Notes under the pieces: generated by a model
Database searches by the model: none
What the model was told of the DNA's origin: nothing
The model's input: the letters and a program-made list of their open reading frames with translations, nothing else
Made by a program: the position numbers and the translations under genes
Shown: in pieces, positions 1-11,433 of the stretch
Layout of the letters: every line of letters begins with the position of its first letter
Numbering within the stretch: position 1 is the stretch's first letter
Assembly: GCF_963676685.1 (NCBI RefSeq)
Contig: NC_092349.1
Coordinates: 23,746,001-23,810,000, forward strand
Direction: 5' to 3'
Length of the DNA: 64,000 nt
DNA from: Mytilus edulis
Lineage: Eukaryota

Positions 1-1500
1 AATCCATACGTCAGCATGGATAGTAAAAGGCAAAAGAATCCATACGTCAGCATGGATAGTAAAAGGCAAAAAGAATCCATACGTCAGCATGGATAGTAAA
101 AGGCAAAGAGAATCCATACGTCAGCATGGATAGTAAAAGACAAAAGAATCCATACGTCAGCATGGATAGTAAAAGGCAAAAGAATCCATACGTCAGCATG
201 GATAGTAAAAGACAAAAAGAATTCATACGTCAGCATGGATAGTAAAAGGCAAAAAGAATTCATACGTCAGCATGGATAGTAAAAGGCAAAAAGAATCCAT
301 ACGTCAGCATGGATAGTAAAAGGCAAAAAGAATCCATACGTCAGCATAGATAGTAAAAGACAAAGAATCCATACGTTAGCATGGATAGTAAAAAATCCAT
401 ACGTTAGCATGGATAGTAAAAGGCAAAAGAATCCATATGTCAGCATGGATAGTAAAAGGCAAAAAGAATCCATACGTCAGCATGGATAGTAAAAGGCAAA
501 AAGAATCCATACGTCAGCATGGATAGTAAAAGACAAAAGAATCCATACGTCAGCATGGATAGTAAAAGGCAAAAAGAATCCATACGTCAGCATGGATAGT
601 AAAAGACAAAAGAATCCATATGTCAGCATGGATAGTAAAAGGCAAAAGAATCCATACGTCAGCATGGATAGTAAAAGGCAAAAAGAATCCATACGTCAGC
701 ATGGATAGTAAAAGACAAAAGAATCCATATGTCAGCATGGATAGTAAAAGGCAAAAGAATCCATACGTCAGCATGGATAGTAAAAGGCAAAAGAATCCAT
801 ACGTCAGCATGGATAGTAAAAGGCAAAAAGAATCAATACGTCAGCATGGATAGTAAAAGACAAAAGAATCCATACGTCAGCATGGATAGTAAAAGGCAAA
901 AGAATCCATAGGTCAGCATGGATAGTAAAAGACAAAAAGAATCCATACGTCAGCATGGATAGTAAAAGGCAAAAAGAATCCATACGTCTGCATGGATAGT
1001 AAAAGACAAAAGAATCCATACCTCAGCATGGATAGTAAAAGGCAAAAAAATCCATACGTCAGCATGGATAGTAAAAGGCAAGAAGAATCCATACGTCAGC
1101 ATGGATAGTAAAAGGCAAAAAGAATCCATACGTCAGCATGGATAGTAAAAGACAAAAGAATCCATACGTCAGCATGGATAGTAAAAGACAAAAAGAATCC
1201 ATACGTCAGCATGGATAGTAAAATAAAGAGATCCATACGTCAGCATGGATAGTAGTATAAAGAGATCCATACGTCAGCATAGATAGTAAAATATAAGAGA
1301 TCCATACGTCAGCATGGATAGTGAAGCAGGTTGAAACCATACGTTAGCATGGATTGAAAAATTTGTATTCCATACGTCAGCATGGATGGTAAAAACAAAA
1401 ATTCCATACATAAGGCAAGCATAGACAATAAAGCATAAGGAACCCATACGTCAGCATGGCTATCAAATAAACAACAGAAAAATCCAAACATTAGCATGGA
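1..1500. repeat. Minisatellite with 38-39 bp unit (AATCCATACGTCAGCATGGATAGTAAAAGGCAAAA(A)G), degenerating after ~1200
   Basis: More than 30 near-identical tandem units read directly. Each unit contains the inverted pair ATCCAT...ATGGAT. The array runs off the left edge of the window. Confidence 0.97.
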
Positions 1501-1679
1501 TAACATAACAAAAATAAACATGAAATAAGTAAGTAATAAACAACACAAAAATGCAATTAAAAATAATAAGAAAAATAAAGTGTCATGTATGTCCATAAAA
1601 ATTTACTATAAATTTCTATAAAAATCAATTGTTCCCAGAGGCACTGACAACAAAGGCGATTGTAGGGGATGGCGGTGGG

Positions 1680-1874
1680 TGATGAAATTCTAGATATAAA
1701 TTTTCAAACGAGAACTATGCTCTGCACATGAAAGGAACAAAGAGGTTATGAAATCTGAGACGTAATGTACATAGAACCAAAGTGAGGCTGGAATGACCAC
1801 GCGGATGAAATTCTTTGAAAGGGGCACCAGGGGGTAATAACAGCTATAAACTATAAATATATACATAATTGCCA
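1680..1874 (-). repeat. Direct repeat of the YR element, downstream copy
   Basis: Near-identical to 4501-4695 (offset 2821), with a few substitutions. Confidence 0.93.
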
Positions 1875-2512
1875 TTTATAGACCTGTAATTTCCTAATGT
1901 AATAAACCCAATATTTCTCACGATATCTACATGTACGAACAGCCTAGTAAATGTCTCATGGCATATACCACAATAATGGAACTTGATACATGTATAAGAA
2001 AACCAACCTGTTACTATATTGCATGACTTATATACCAAACTACAAGTGACCTGAGCAAACTATACCAACTTATAAGTCCTTTACTGTCGCACTAAAATAC
2101 TATTGCCAAGTTGACCTGATGCTGCTTCTAAGATATGTACCATTTTAACCAAGATTCTATTGTTTTGCATGGATTTACCAGCACTTCTATCATACTTTGA
2201 ATATGTCTATGTTAACAAACAATAGGATAAAAGAAATATTTTATTACTACTAAGCATGTGTAATCTCACAACATATATACATATTTACATAACAAATTAC
2301 AACTTGGAAAAACTGGGGACTAACAGCTGTTTGACACTTTTGAAATTAAAATTGAGTTATCCCCCTTTTCATATAGATATAAAATTTAAAACTTGGGGGA
2401 TGAGATACAAAGGTTAATGTGTAGAAATTGTATCGAATTGGCCAAATACAGGTGTGAAGCAGCTGTAGCCCCCAAGTGGAATGGGGAACCTTTGTTGCCA
2501 GTACAATTTAAC

Positions 2513-3485
2513 CTAATTTCTGTCTGTTCCTGCTAATTGTTTTTGAGCATTCTTAAGAACATTAGGAGAAGTATGAATATATCTTGTGTAACAATTAGAT
2601 GACCATCTACCAAGTGTTTGAATTAAATGATCTTCAAGACGAGCTTCTTGAGCAGATGTAGCTGCACCAATTCTAAAGGAGTGTCCATTGTAGGAATCAC
2701 TAGATAAGCCTAATTTGTCGAGTAAAATTTTGACATGTGAAATGAAAAATTTTCTGTTTAAAGGTTTCATATCTTCAGAGATGAAAAAAACCTCAGTATT
2801 AGAGGAGTACACAGACTGCCTCAACTGATTGTATTTCAATATTGATAAAACAGGACAAATTTAACAACCTGTTTTATAAAGTGGAATAGTAATTCCTTGT
2901 CTAAAAGGATCAGTTTTAGACTTTTTAAGACTTACAAAAATACAGTCAGCAGTGATTTGCAAATCACTGCAGCATAAGTTACATTCAGGATCAAACTGGT
3001 TCATTACAGTGAATTCCACATATCTTAAAAAACCAAAAAAGGCTGTTGTACAGGCAGCCTCTAACATAATACTATTAAAATTACCAAAAATACATGTATG
3101 TAGTAATTTACACATTTTTGACAAAATAGACATAGTAATAGGTAAACGTTTGCGCTTGACAGTAGACCCTTGTTTTTTCTTTAAACCAAGTAAAATTGTT
3201 TTAAGACACTCAAGAGGCTTTCCGAAACTTATTAATGGATTAAAACATCCATACTTTAAAAAATGAAACCTTACGCCACATAAATATAATTTAATTGTAG
3301 AATGACATAATTGTTTGTGGTCAGCACAATATGCTACGAAGCGCATAAGTAAGGTTTCTGACACAGGTGGGAGACTGTCTTTATCCCAAGTCAATCCATC
3401 TAACAAAAGACATCTAGTATATAGTTCGATTCCTGTCCTATATACACTAGTTGTGTTATTGGAGAGTGAATATTTCCACAAACTG
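2513..3485 (-). pseudogene. Tyrosine recombinase of the DIRS/Ngaro-like element, with one premature stop
   Basis: ORFs 2861-3697 and 2513-2839 are in the same frame, separated by TAA at 2863-2861 (YKTGC*ICPVLSILKY). Catalytic R, K, HxxR, W and Y motifs are all present. Confidence 0.9.
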
Positions 3486-3510
3486 TAACAGGTGATGTGG
3501 CAACAGGAAG

Positions 3511-4375
3511 TCATTGTTTTTTGACTGGTGCTGGTCTTTGGCTTGGCTGGCCCTGTTTTGATATTTACTGCAATTGAATTTCCCATGACTTTTTGCCTTG
3601 CACAATTTACACACATGAAGATATTTGCAGTATGGCTTTTGACAACCACGTGCCCAATTGAAGTTGTTACATAGCTGTTGACCTTCGTGCCATACAATAT
3701 CTCGGCCTAGAGTATCTCACCCTTTGGATGAGTTTGCAATGGACATGCCATGTTGATTAGAGGTTTTCATTTGACACATAGCTGAAGTATGCAGAGTCGA
3801 ACTGCAGAAAGAACAGGAATTTACTTTGGAACCAGCACAAATTTTTTGGCGTAATTCAAAGTCACCCTTCGACCAATCAATTTTGAAATTATGCTGAAGA
3901 AGCATAGTTGCACATTTAGCAAAAAACATTCTGTGATACTCGAAAAATTTGTATGGCCAAATATTAACTGTTTCTACAATGTGGGCCAGATAAAGTTCCA
4001 ATTCCTCTCCCCTAGATGGGAAGCCTAGCTCATAATCCTTTTGAAACGGCCAAAAGCAATTATAAATTCATCTAGGGACAAGTTCCTTATCAAACTGTCA
4101 TCATATTCTGATGTTTTCTTCTTAATGGGAATTTCATAGTTTGGTATCAATAGTGAGTTTAAATTCACATCTTTACCTGTGATGATATTCTGCCTGATTT
4201 CCGGCGAAATCATATCTGTGTCGCTGATGGATGAAGCCGGCACACCAAACGATTTAACCGAGTATACTGGCATTCTGTACGAGTCGTTTTGGCCAAGTTG
4301 GGCGAGACGGTTTGTTGACCGGGCCGGTTCGGCCATTTGTGTTGTTGTAGAATGAGGCATGAAGGATGCCGCCAT
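3511..4375 (-). pseudogene. Gag-like protein of the YR retrotransposon (two stops, one frameshift)
   Basis: Reconstructed ...IITGKDVNLNSLLIP...EFIIAFGRFK...FFEYHRMF...KIDWS...CSFCSSTLHTSAMC...LCNNFNWARGCQKPYCKYLHVCKLCKAKSHGKFNC. Lesions at ~4025-4018 and 3719-3717. Confidence 0.8.
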
Positions 4376-4500
4376 AGCTGACTGTAAATAAAGATGGTAT
4401 TGTCTCTTGCAGCATACTCTTAACTATTAACTTGTTTCAGAGTTTGTTGACAAAGTTCTATTGTGTTTATCAACAACATATTGTTGACTTGGGCGGAAGC

Positions 4501-4695
4501 TGATGAAATTCTAGATATAAATTTTCAAACGAGAACTATGCTCTCGACATGAAAGAAATAAAGAGGTTATGAAATCTGAGACGTAATGTACATAGAACCA
4601 AAGTGAGGCTGGAATGACCACGCGAATGAAATTCTTTGAAAGGGGCACCAGGGGGTAATAACAGCTATAAACTATAATTATATACATAATTGCCA
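4501..4695 (-). repeat. Direct repeat of the YR element, upstream copy
   Basis: Near-identical to 1680-1874. Confidence 0.93.
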
Positions 4696-4790
4696 ATTAT
4701 ATTTACAACAATGGGTGAGTGCAACAACCACGTCAAGTACTGTGTAGTCCATGACTGTCTGTACATTGTTTGCCAGTTTCCCCTCTTAGC

Positions 4791-5153
4791 CAGGAAAATT
4801 GGTGCCGTTAATGTTATCACTACCACTGAATCGATGCCTCTGATGGTGGACTATTAGTCCCCGAGGGTATTACCATCCCAGTAGCCAGTTCTTCGGTACT
4901 GCATGAAAATACTGTTAAAATTTGCTGTTACAAAATGTTACACATTAGTATAAATTAAGGAATGTATCTCCCTCATGCAAAGCTCTAATTCCTTTCACGG
5001 TTTTGTATTTATTTTTTGGACCTTTTGGATTATAGCTCTTCATCTTTTATATAAGCTTTGGATTTTAAATATTTTGGCCATGAACATCACTGAAGTGACA
5101 TGTATTGTCGAGATGCGCATCTGGTGCAGGAAAATTGGTACCGTTAATGTTAT
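4791..5153 (+). mobile_element. Retrozyme-like monomer (~336 bp period) with a degenerate hammerhead ribozyme
   Basis: A 27-bp direct repeat CAGGAAAATTGGTRCCGTTAATGTTAT occurs at 4791-4817 and 5127-5153. A hammerhead-like motif lies at 5085-5127. Confidence 0.65.
5085..5127 (+). ncRNA. Degenerate minimal type I hammerhead ribozyme (two core mutations)
   Basis: CATCA-CTGAAGT-GACA tgtat TGTC-GAGA-TGCGCA-TC-TGGTG. Stems I and II and the palindromic stem III are retained, but CUGANGA and GAAA each have one change. Confidence 0.65.
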
Positions 5154-6364
5154 AAGCCCCGTAGTTTCTTAAAACCTGAACTGCATAGCAAAATATTATA
5201 AAAAAAACAACAATTCAATGTTCGCTGTAATGATCAATATCTCGATGATTTTGCAAGAGTGGGATAGGCTGATATTTCCAGAGCACCTGAGGTCGTCCGT
5301 TTTTTTCCAGGTCTGTGCTTCCAATTAGGTTTTACTTTTTAGAGTTTGGTCTATGTTGTATGTATTTGTTAGTCTTGCCTGTTTCTGTGATTGTCATTTA
5401 TCCATAATGATTGATTGTGCATTTATTGTACTTTTTGACTCAAGCTGCGATACAAATTTGTTTTCAGTGGTCATCGTTTGTTATCCGACATATTTATAGA
5501 TAGCTACATCTAATGTTTCCGTATCCTATGATTGTTGTTTTTTTACACTTTGTAGGCTTTTGAGTGACTGTATAATGGCTTGAATCATTATCCAATTTGG
5601 TATATAAAATGTGCTTAGTTGCTAACAAATAAAAATACATTGTGCATATAAAAATAATAACATCTACACTTCTAGACCACTCGACCACATCCACTATATA
5701 AAAATGTTACTTCAATGGTCGTCGTGTTAATTTTTTACACTATATTAAGCGCCGAATTCGACCTTTTCAAGTTTTTCTGTCTGTGCATTTAAAACGTCTT
5801 ATATAGGAGTACAAGTAGGGTTCTGCTAAATTAAGAACCATACTCCCCGTTAGCAATATGTAAAATTCCCAAATTTCAATAAAAAAAATTTAATTATGAA
5901 AACACAATGCTTTTCTTTAAAAATCGTCAGATTTGGACTAACACCGGAGATAATTCGTTATCTATGTTCATTTCCGTAGATGTTTGGATATTTCATCAGC
6001 TTACCTCCTATACATTTCTAGGAATATGATTAGTTAAAAGCGTCCGCGTGGAGACCGTGTATATTCCATATTAGGTTAGAAGGGAGGCACGGCTTATTTA
6101 AATACACAGTAAGTAATGGAGTAACGACTTTGGCACTGTTTGATAATTTAAAAGTATTGAAAGTTCTGATAAATATCATCATATCAAGGTTGTTGATGAT
6201 AAATAGTTATTGTTTACATTAGGTTTTTAGTGCAGACCAAATGAAGAAGGTTCTTAAAATTGAACACTTGAACACTTTAATATAGAAACAAGAAGATGTG
6301 TTATGATATCAGATGAGACAATTGTAGTTTAAATTCCACAAATAAAGATATTAGTAGCCGAAAA

Positions 6365-6518
6365 ATAAATTCGTTACATAGTGTGCTAGTGACCTAATAT
6401 GATATATACGGGGTCAGTAAATTTCATATGGGGTTCGAGCTTTGTTCTCATCCAATATGGAATTTACTGACCTCGTATATATCATATTAGCTCACTTACA
6501 CACTTTGTAACAAATATT
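6365..6518. mobile_element. Fold-back MITE-like inverted repeat with ~65 bp arms
   Basis: GTTACATAGTGTG...CTAATATGATATATACGGGGTCAGTAAATTTCATAT pairs with ATATGGAATTTACTGACCTCGTATATATCATATTAG...CACACTTTGTAAC. Confidence 0.75.
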
Positions 6519-6760
6519 ACCCTTCAATACCCCGTACCTCTTTGGCTTCGTCTCCGGTAGTTAAAGTATACATATCTACGAAAATAAACGTAGATAACTT
6601 AAAATACCACTTGAATAGCGTAATATGAAAAATTATCTTAAAAAGAAAAGAAGATGTGAACAAAAACGATAAGATAAAAATGGTTAAATATATTGCTATG
6701 TAGAACCTGCAAATCTGAATTTGAATGTAATAAATTTATAAATTTAAAATTTGTTTTTAG

Positions 6761-6796
6761 ATATTCATGATGAAGTTATTCCTCAACATATACGTG
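6761..6796 (+). CDS. Candidate 36-bp internal micro-exon of the NTPase-ankyrin gene
   Basis: Acceptor TTGTTTTTAG| and donor G|GTAAGT. Phase 1-1, so it joins in frame to the exon at 18446 to give xIHDEVIPQHIR-E-QFDNRMERWKKDD. Confidence 0.55.
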
Positions 6797-7499
6797 GTAA
6801 GTTGATTGCTATAGAACATTAGAACATTAACTTAATCATACAACAAGCTTTAAGGCATCTTTGGTACAATCAAAATAACATGCTCATTAGTGTTTGTCTT
6901 GTTATGACCATTTTCGTTATATGATATGCATTTACCTTTATATGATATGCACTTGTCATAATGTGAATTGTAAAAAACCTTTATATTAAACATAAGTAAA
7001 TCTTCACTTCGAAAAATTTAAAACACAACTCTCTATCTGTAAGAGACCACCAGGACTCAGTAAACAATAAATAAATGCAGTGTTTTCATGTTCATTTAGA
7101 CACCAATCAGTTAAATTACAGATATTGTATGTCCAAGCTATGCTTACGACGCGTATCTGAAAACGCTTCATTCTATTTTCTGTTGAGATTCTCTGATTGT
7201 TTCGGGTTTATATACATACACCTTCAAAAATGTGAAGGCTGAATTTCATTTGCTGATGTCATATCTATCAGAACTGAAAGTAAAATAAAGTGTTGTTAGA
7301 TCCTTGTAGTCAAGGCTAAGAAAAAGTATATGTACATTGTATCTTATCAGATTGGTTAAGCACCGACTCTTCGTCTAGTGTTGGCAAAACCACATATATT
7401 TCCTTTGTCCGGGACAAACAAATAGACACGTCCACTTTGTGTTTTTTTTTTAATGTATTTCTATTTTTATCCATCTGATAAGTTAACAAAATGATTAAA

Positions 7500-7715
7500 T
7501 CTTGTTCAACTGATTTTTATAGTTCGTTTCTATGTTGTACTGTTGCACCACTGTCCGAGGTTAGGGGAAGGCTTTCATCTAGCTAACATGTTTAACCCCG
7601 CCACATTCTTTATGTATGTTCCTGTCCCTAGTAAAGAGCCTGTTATTCAGTGGTTGCCATTTGTTGATATTTATTTGTTTATCGTTATTTTTTTGTACAC
7701 AAATTAGGCCGTTTG
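7500..7715 (+). repeat. Interspersed repeat sharing 3' motifs with the Naiad element
   Basis: AACATGTTTAACCCCGCC at 7585-7602 is identical to 24734-24751. It is followed by CCTGTCCC...GAGCCT, as at ~24763-24783. Confidence 0.55.
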
Positions 7716-7954
7716 TAAAATAAATTGTTTTTTTTCAATAACATGCATATTTCTATTTTAATTTCATTATTGTTTTATTTTTCCCTCATTTTCAATGGTG
7801 ACAAATTAGTTTGCTTCGCTTCTGAAAAAGATAAAACCTCTTTTAAGTAAGTTATACAAAAATATTATCCACCCCCGTTCAATTGGAAGCCCTGTTTACT
7901 GGAGTTGTACATATAAGTGGATTTCAACGAAACCTTTTATATAACGGGTTACTG

Positions 7955-8290
7955 TCTACTGGCGGTGCTTTCATGGGCAAATGTTTGCCTCGACAGCGGT
8001 AGGTTGTGGGTTCGAACCCCGAATGTTTCAAAACCAAGGACTTTAAAAATGATATTTGCTGCTTTTATTATAAGCACGCAAAATTCAGGAGATAACACTG
8101 GGCGGTTCGGAATCAGAATAATGTGTCCCGGTACGGTGAAATGTCTTCCTGTGAACTGGCATAGTAAAAATCCATTTCAGGATGTTTGCTTAGTTCAAAA
8201 CAGGATTCATAATCTTTTCACATTAACATGTTCATGTACGAATATGCATATCAATTTGCCGCAAGACGTCAGGCATCCATTCGTTATCAT
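7955..8290 (+). mobile_element. Degenerate tRNA-derived SINE, possibly MetaSINE type
   Basis: Pol III B-box GGTTCGAACCC at ~8009-8019, followed by a GACTTTAAAAATGATATTTGCTGCTT...AAGCACGCA core that resembles the Meta domain from memory. Confidence 0.55.
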
Positions 8291-8392
8291 CTAATTTAAG
8301 CAATGAAATAAATTCATAAAAACATAATAAAACTCTGATTGCAAATGTAATGCAGTTTTGATGATCCAATATGTTATTTAATCCATTGGAAA

Positions 8393-8500
8393 GGGGCGGA
8401 ATCGGTGGCCAGGTGGTCTTAGTACTGTATTTCTAGCCTGTCAACACTGAGTTTGTTAGTTTGAATCCTGCACGTGGCAAATATGCTCTACTTTAAAATT
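8393..8500 (+). mobile_element. tRNA-derived SINE head fragment
   Basis: A-box-like TGGCCAGGTGG and B-box-like GTTTGAATCC. No complete tRNA cloverleaf. Confidence 0.45.
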
Positions 8501-9559
8501 AATCTAATATTTTTATCTCGTTATGAAATTTCTTAATATTAAAACGGACTTTGAGTTCATTTGTGTCTTTTGCAATGAATAGAAATAAGGAGATATTGTA
8601 TGAGTGCCAATGGAAAAACTCTACATCCAAGTCATAATGCGTAAAAAGCAAACAATTATAGGTCAAAGAACGGTCTTTAACACGAATGTTTGATCAAACC
8701 GAACAGCAAGCTAAATATAAAGGACCCGAAATTTGTTTTAACATATTTTCGCAATAGCCGTGAATTTCTTCAACTGGTCCGGGAACCCCTTCCATATTTA
8801 TTTGTTCATGTTTCATGTCTCAAATAGCAAGTAGGGGGGGATTGTGTCATGAATTTGAAAGTAAAGAAGTGATTTGGTCCAGCTGAAAAAGGCTAAAAAT
8901 TAGAATTTTGGAAGCTGCCAAAAGATTTCAAGACAAAAAATTGTCCATATTTTGAGTTGAAAATGATGAAGTTTACTATACTTTTGATATAATTTGTCCC
9001 AAAAGTAGTACAACACACTATAAAAATATTAATGAGAAAACGCTGGTGGGATTTTTTTAATTTTCATTAAATGATAAGTAAGGTTACCATACCCTGAATT
9101 ATCGAAGTAATCTAATATGGCCAAAGGCAGATACAACTTGAGGTTTAGACGTTTGTCTTCATCAAGTTCCGTAGTAATTCTGCGATATCAAAAAGTAACC
9201 ACCGCCGGAAGTTGACAGGAACACAATAGTGAAATGTCCGGGTTCGGTGATGATAAGATGCGGACAATTAAAATAGTATTGTTTAAATGAAATCCACTAC
9301 GGAATAACCGTGTGTTCTCGGACAAACTAGTTCCTGTATTTAATTGATATTAATCTTCCTACGAAATGTTTTAAACGTAAACTTTTGTTGAATACCACTG
9401 TTTACTTTATCTTTAAAATTGCTTGCGATAGCTACAAAGCCAGCATTTTTGTAACTTCGCAGAAGCGGATCGAATCAGTTAAGACGTAAACAGTTATCAT
9501 TCTTATCGTAATCATGTTCATTGACCATAACTTCGATGAAAGCACATCACATAATAACA

Positions 9560-10050
9560 TTTCGACATCATATAATGAAGTAAACCGAAACACAATATAG
9601 GAATGCATGCACATAATATAATGACACAATCACATCATATAAAGATGGTTGCACATAATAAAAGGGACAATGCACATCATATAAGGATGTTTGCACATAC
9701 TATATGGATATTTGTACATTATATAAGTACATTTGCACTTCATATCAGTATATTTGCACATCACATAATGATGTTTGCACATTATATAATGAAGTTTGTA
9801 CATTATATAATGAAGTTTGTACATCATATAATGATGTTTGTTCATCATATAATGATGTGTGTACATCATATGATGATGTTTGCACATCATATAATGATAT
9901 TTGCACATCATATAAGGATATTTGCACATCATATAAGGATATTTGCACATCATATATAATGACAAATGCATATCATATTAAGGTGTTTGCACATCATGTA
10001 TGATGATAAGTGCACATCATATAAAGGTAAATGCACATCATATAATGCAA
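9560..10050. repeat. 21-bp minisatellite (TTTGCACATCATATAATGATG)
   Basis: About 20 tandem units. It accounts for the heptad-periodic ORFs called at 9603-10003. Confidence 0.92.
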
Positions 10051-11019
10051 ATGGTCATAGCAAGACAGTTTTTGGTCTGTCATACTCATGAATTATTAAC
10101 TTGAGGGCTCCTTTAAAGGATACATCTGCAGCTTTTAATTTGTATGTCCATATGTTACCTTTTTAACGCAAAATTCTAAAAGTATTGGTCTTTTTTTAGC
10201 TATGGCGCTGTGAATTTGTTTTTCGACTTATACGTTTGAGTGTCCCTTTCGTATCTTTCGCCCTTGCTTTAAAAGCGACTTGAGATACTAATTTTCAAAA
10301 ATACCTCAAATATATGTGAACATTCAGAGTGATTTTTTTATTTAAAATAAAGTGGTTCTTTGTTCAACTAGTCTAAGTGCTAGTAGTTCACCTACTGTAT
10401 CACTAGAATAGAAAAATAAAGGATATGGTCTTTTCGTCAATGAAAAAAAAAGTGTTCATCTACCGTAAAACACACTTAACAAAGCAAAGGAACAGCGCCT
10501 TTGTTACAGTTGGATAACTGTTCTTCATCTCATAGTGACGCCTTAAACACAGAGTACTAGCCTGTCAAAACCACTGTTGTAAGTTCGAAACTATACATTT
10601 CTGCCTGCTTCACAAATAAAACATAACTGCTGTTTTGTTTTTCATTTTCAAACTGTATGTCGTCTGCCATTTCGCAATTTAATGGTTTTACGATTAATAC
10701 AAATGAAATATTGCCCGGCCTCAATTTGAAGCTTTGCATGTAACATGAAATGATAACCAAAAAAATAATATTTATTGTATTGTTGGTATCAGTATTTATG
10801 GTTTTTCAAGCTTTTAAGAAAAGTGAGCAATACAACTTATTGCAAACTGAATATCACATCGATCCTTTAAATAAACTTATTCTGAAAGGTTGCAAATTCA
10901 ACACTGTCGGTAGATCTTTTAATATTGTTTTTATTGGTATTAATATTGATTTTTATATCAGTAAATTAAAAGCAAACAAAATATTATTATTTTTTTTATA
11001 TACAAAAGCATTTTCATGA

Positions 11020-11430
11020 AAGTTGAAAATCGAATGTTGAAACGAATGTTGAAAACAAATGTTGAATGTTAAAAACGATTGTTGAAAGTAGAAATACAAA
11101 TGTTGAAAGCGAATATAGAATGTTGGAAATGAATATTGAATGTTGAAAACGATTGTTGAATGTTGAAAACGATTGTTAAATGTTGAAAATGAATGTTGAA
11201 AACGAATGTTGAAAGTTGTAAACCGAATGTTGATAGTTAAACCTTAATGTTGATAGTTCAACCCGATTGTTTAAAACTAGTGTTGAATGTTGAAAACGAA
11301 TGTTAAAGGTTAAAAACGAATGTTGGAATTTAAAATCGAACGTTATACACGAATGTTGAATGTTAAAAACGAATTTTGCATGTTCAAAACGAAGGTTGAA
11401 TGTTCAAAACGAATGTTTAATGTTGAATGC
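11020..11430. repeat. Degenerate short tandem repeat (ATGTTGA / ATGTTGAAAACGA units)
   Basis: Seen directly in the sequence. Confidence 0.85.
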
Positions 11431-11433
11431 GAA

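Larger units (their letters stand above)
1680..4701 (-). mobile_element. Non-autonomous tyrosine-recombinase (DIRS/Ngaro-like) retrotransposon derivative: gag and YR, no RT/RNase H
   Basis: Bounded by ~195 bp direct repeats (1680-1874 and 4501-4695). Contains a degenerate gag with CCCH/CCHC fingers followed by a YR with FFGFLR, KKSKTD, GHSFRIGAAT, LGRW and YTRY motifs. Confidence 0.85.

Noticed and set aside
267-1019. Short repetitive ORFs in the minisatellite
   Set aside because: They are by-products of a 38/39-bp tandem repeat.
1-1500. CRISPR-like array (palindromic repeat with spacers)
   Set aside because: The linkers are nearly identical A-rich sequence for most of the array and only ~18 bp long. 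There are no cas genes and the context is eukaryotic.
1680-4695. Classical LTR retrotransposon (TG...CA direct repeats)
   Set aside because: The internal region encodes a tyrosine recombinase and a DIRS-type gag. No integrase, protease, PBS or TSD was seen.
6223-6249. Another possible micro-exon of the NTPase gene
   Set aside because: The donor site is weak (GTTCTT) and the acceptor is ambiguous, so it cannot be supported without transcripts.
7955-8500. tRNA genes
   Set aside because: Only A/B-box-like motifs are present, without a cloverleaf. They are better explained as SINE heads.
9603-10003. His/Met-rich metal-binding protein ORFs
   Set aside because: All frames are open because of the 21-bp tandem repeat. 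There is no splice or other evidence for a gene.
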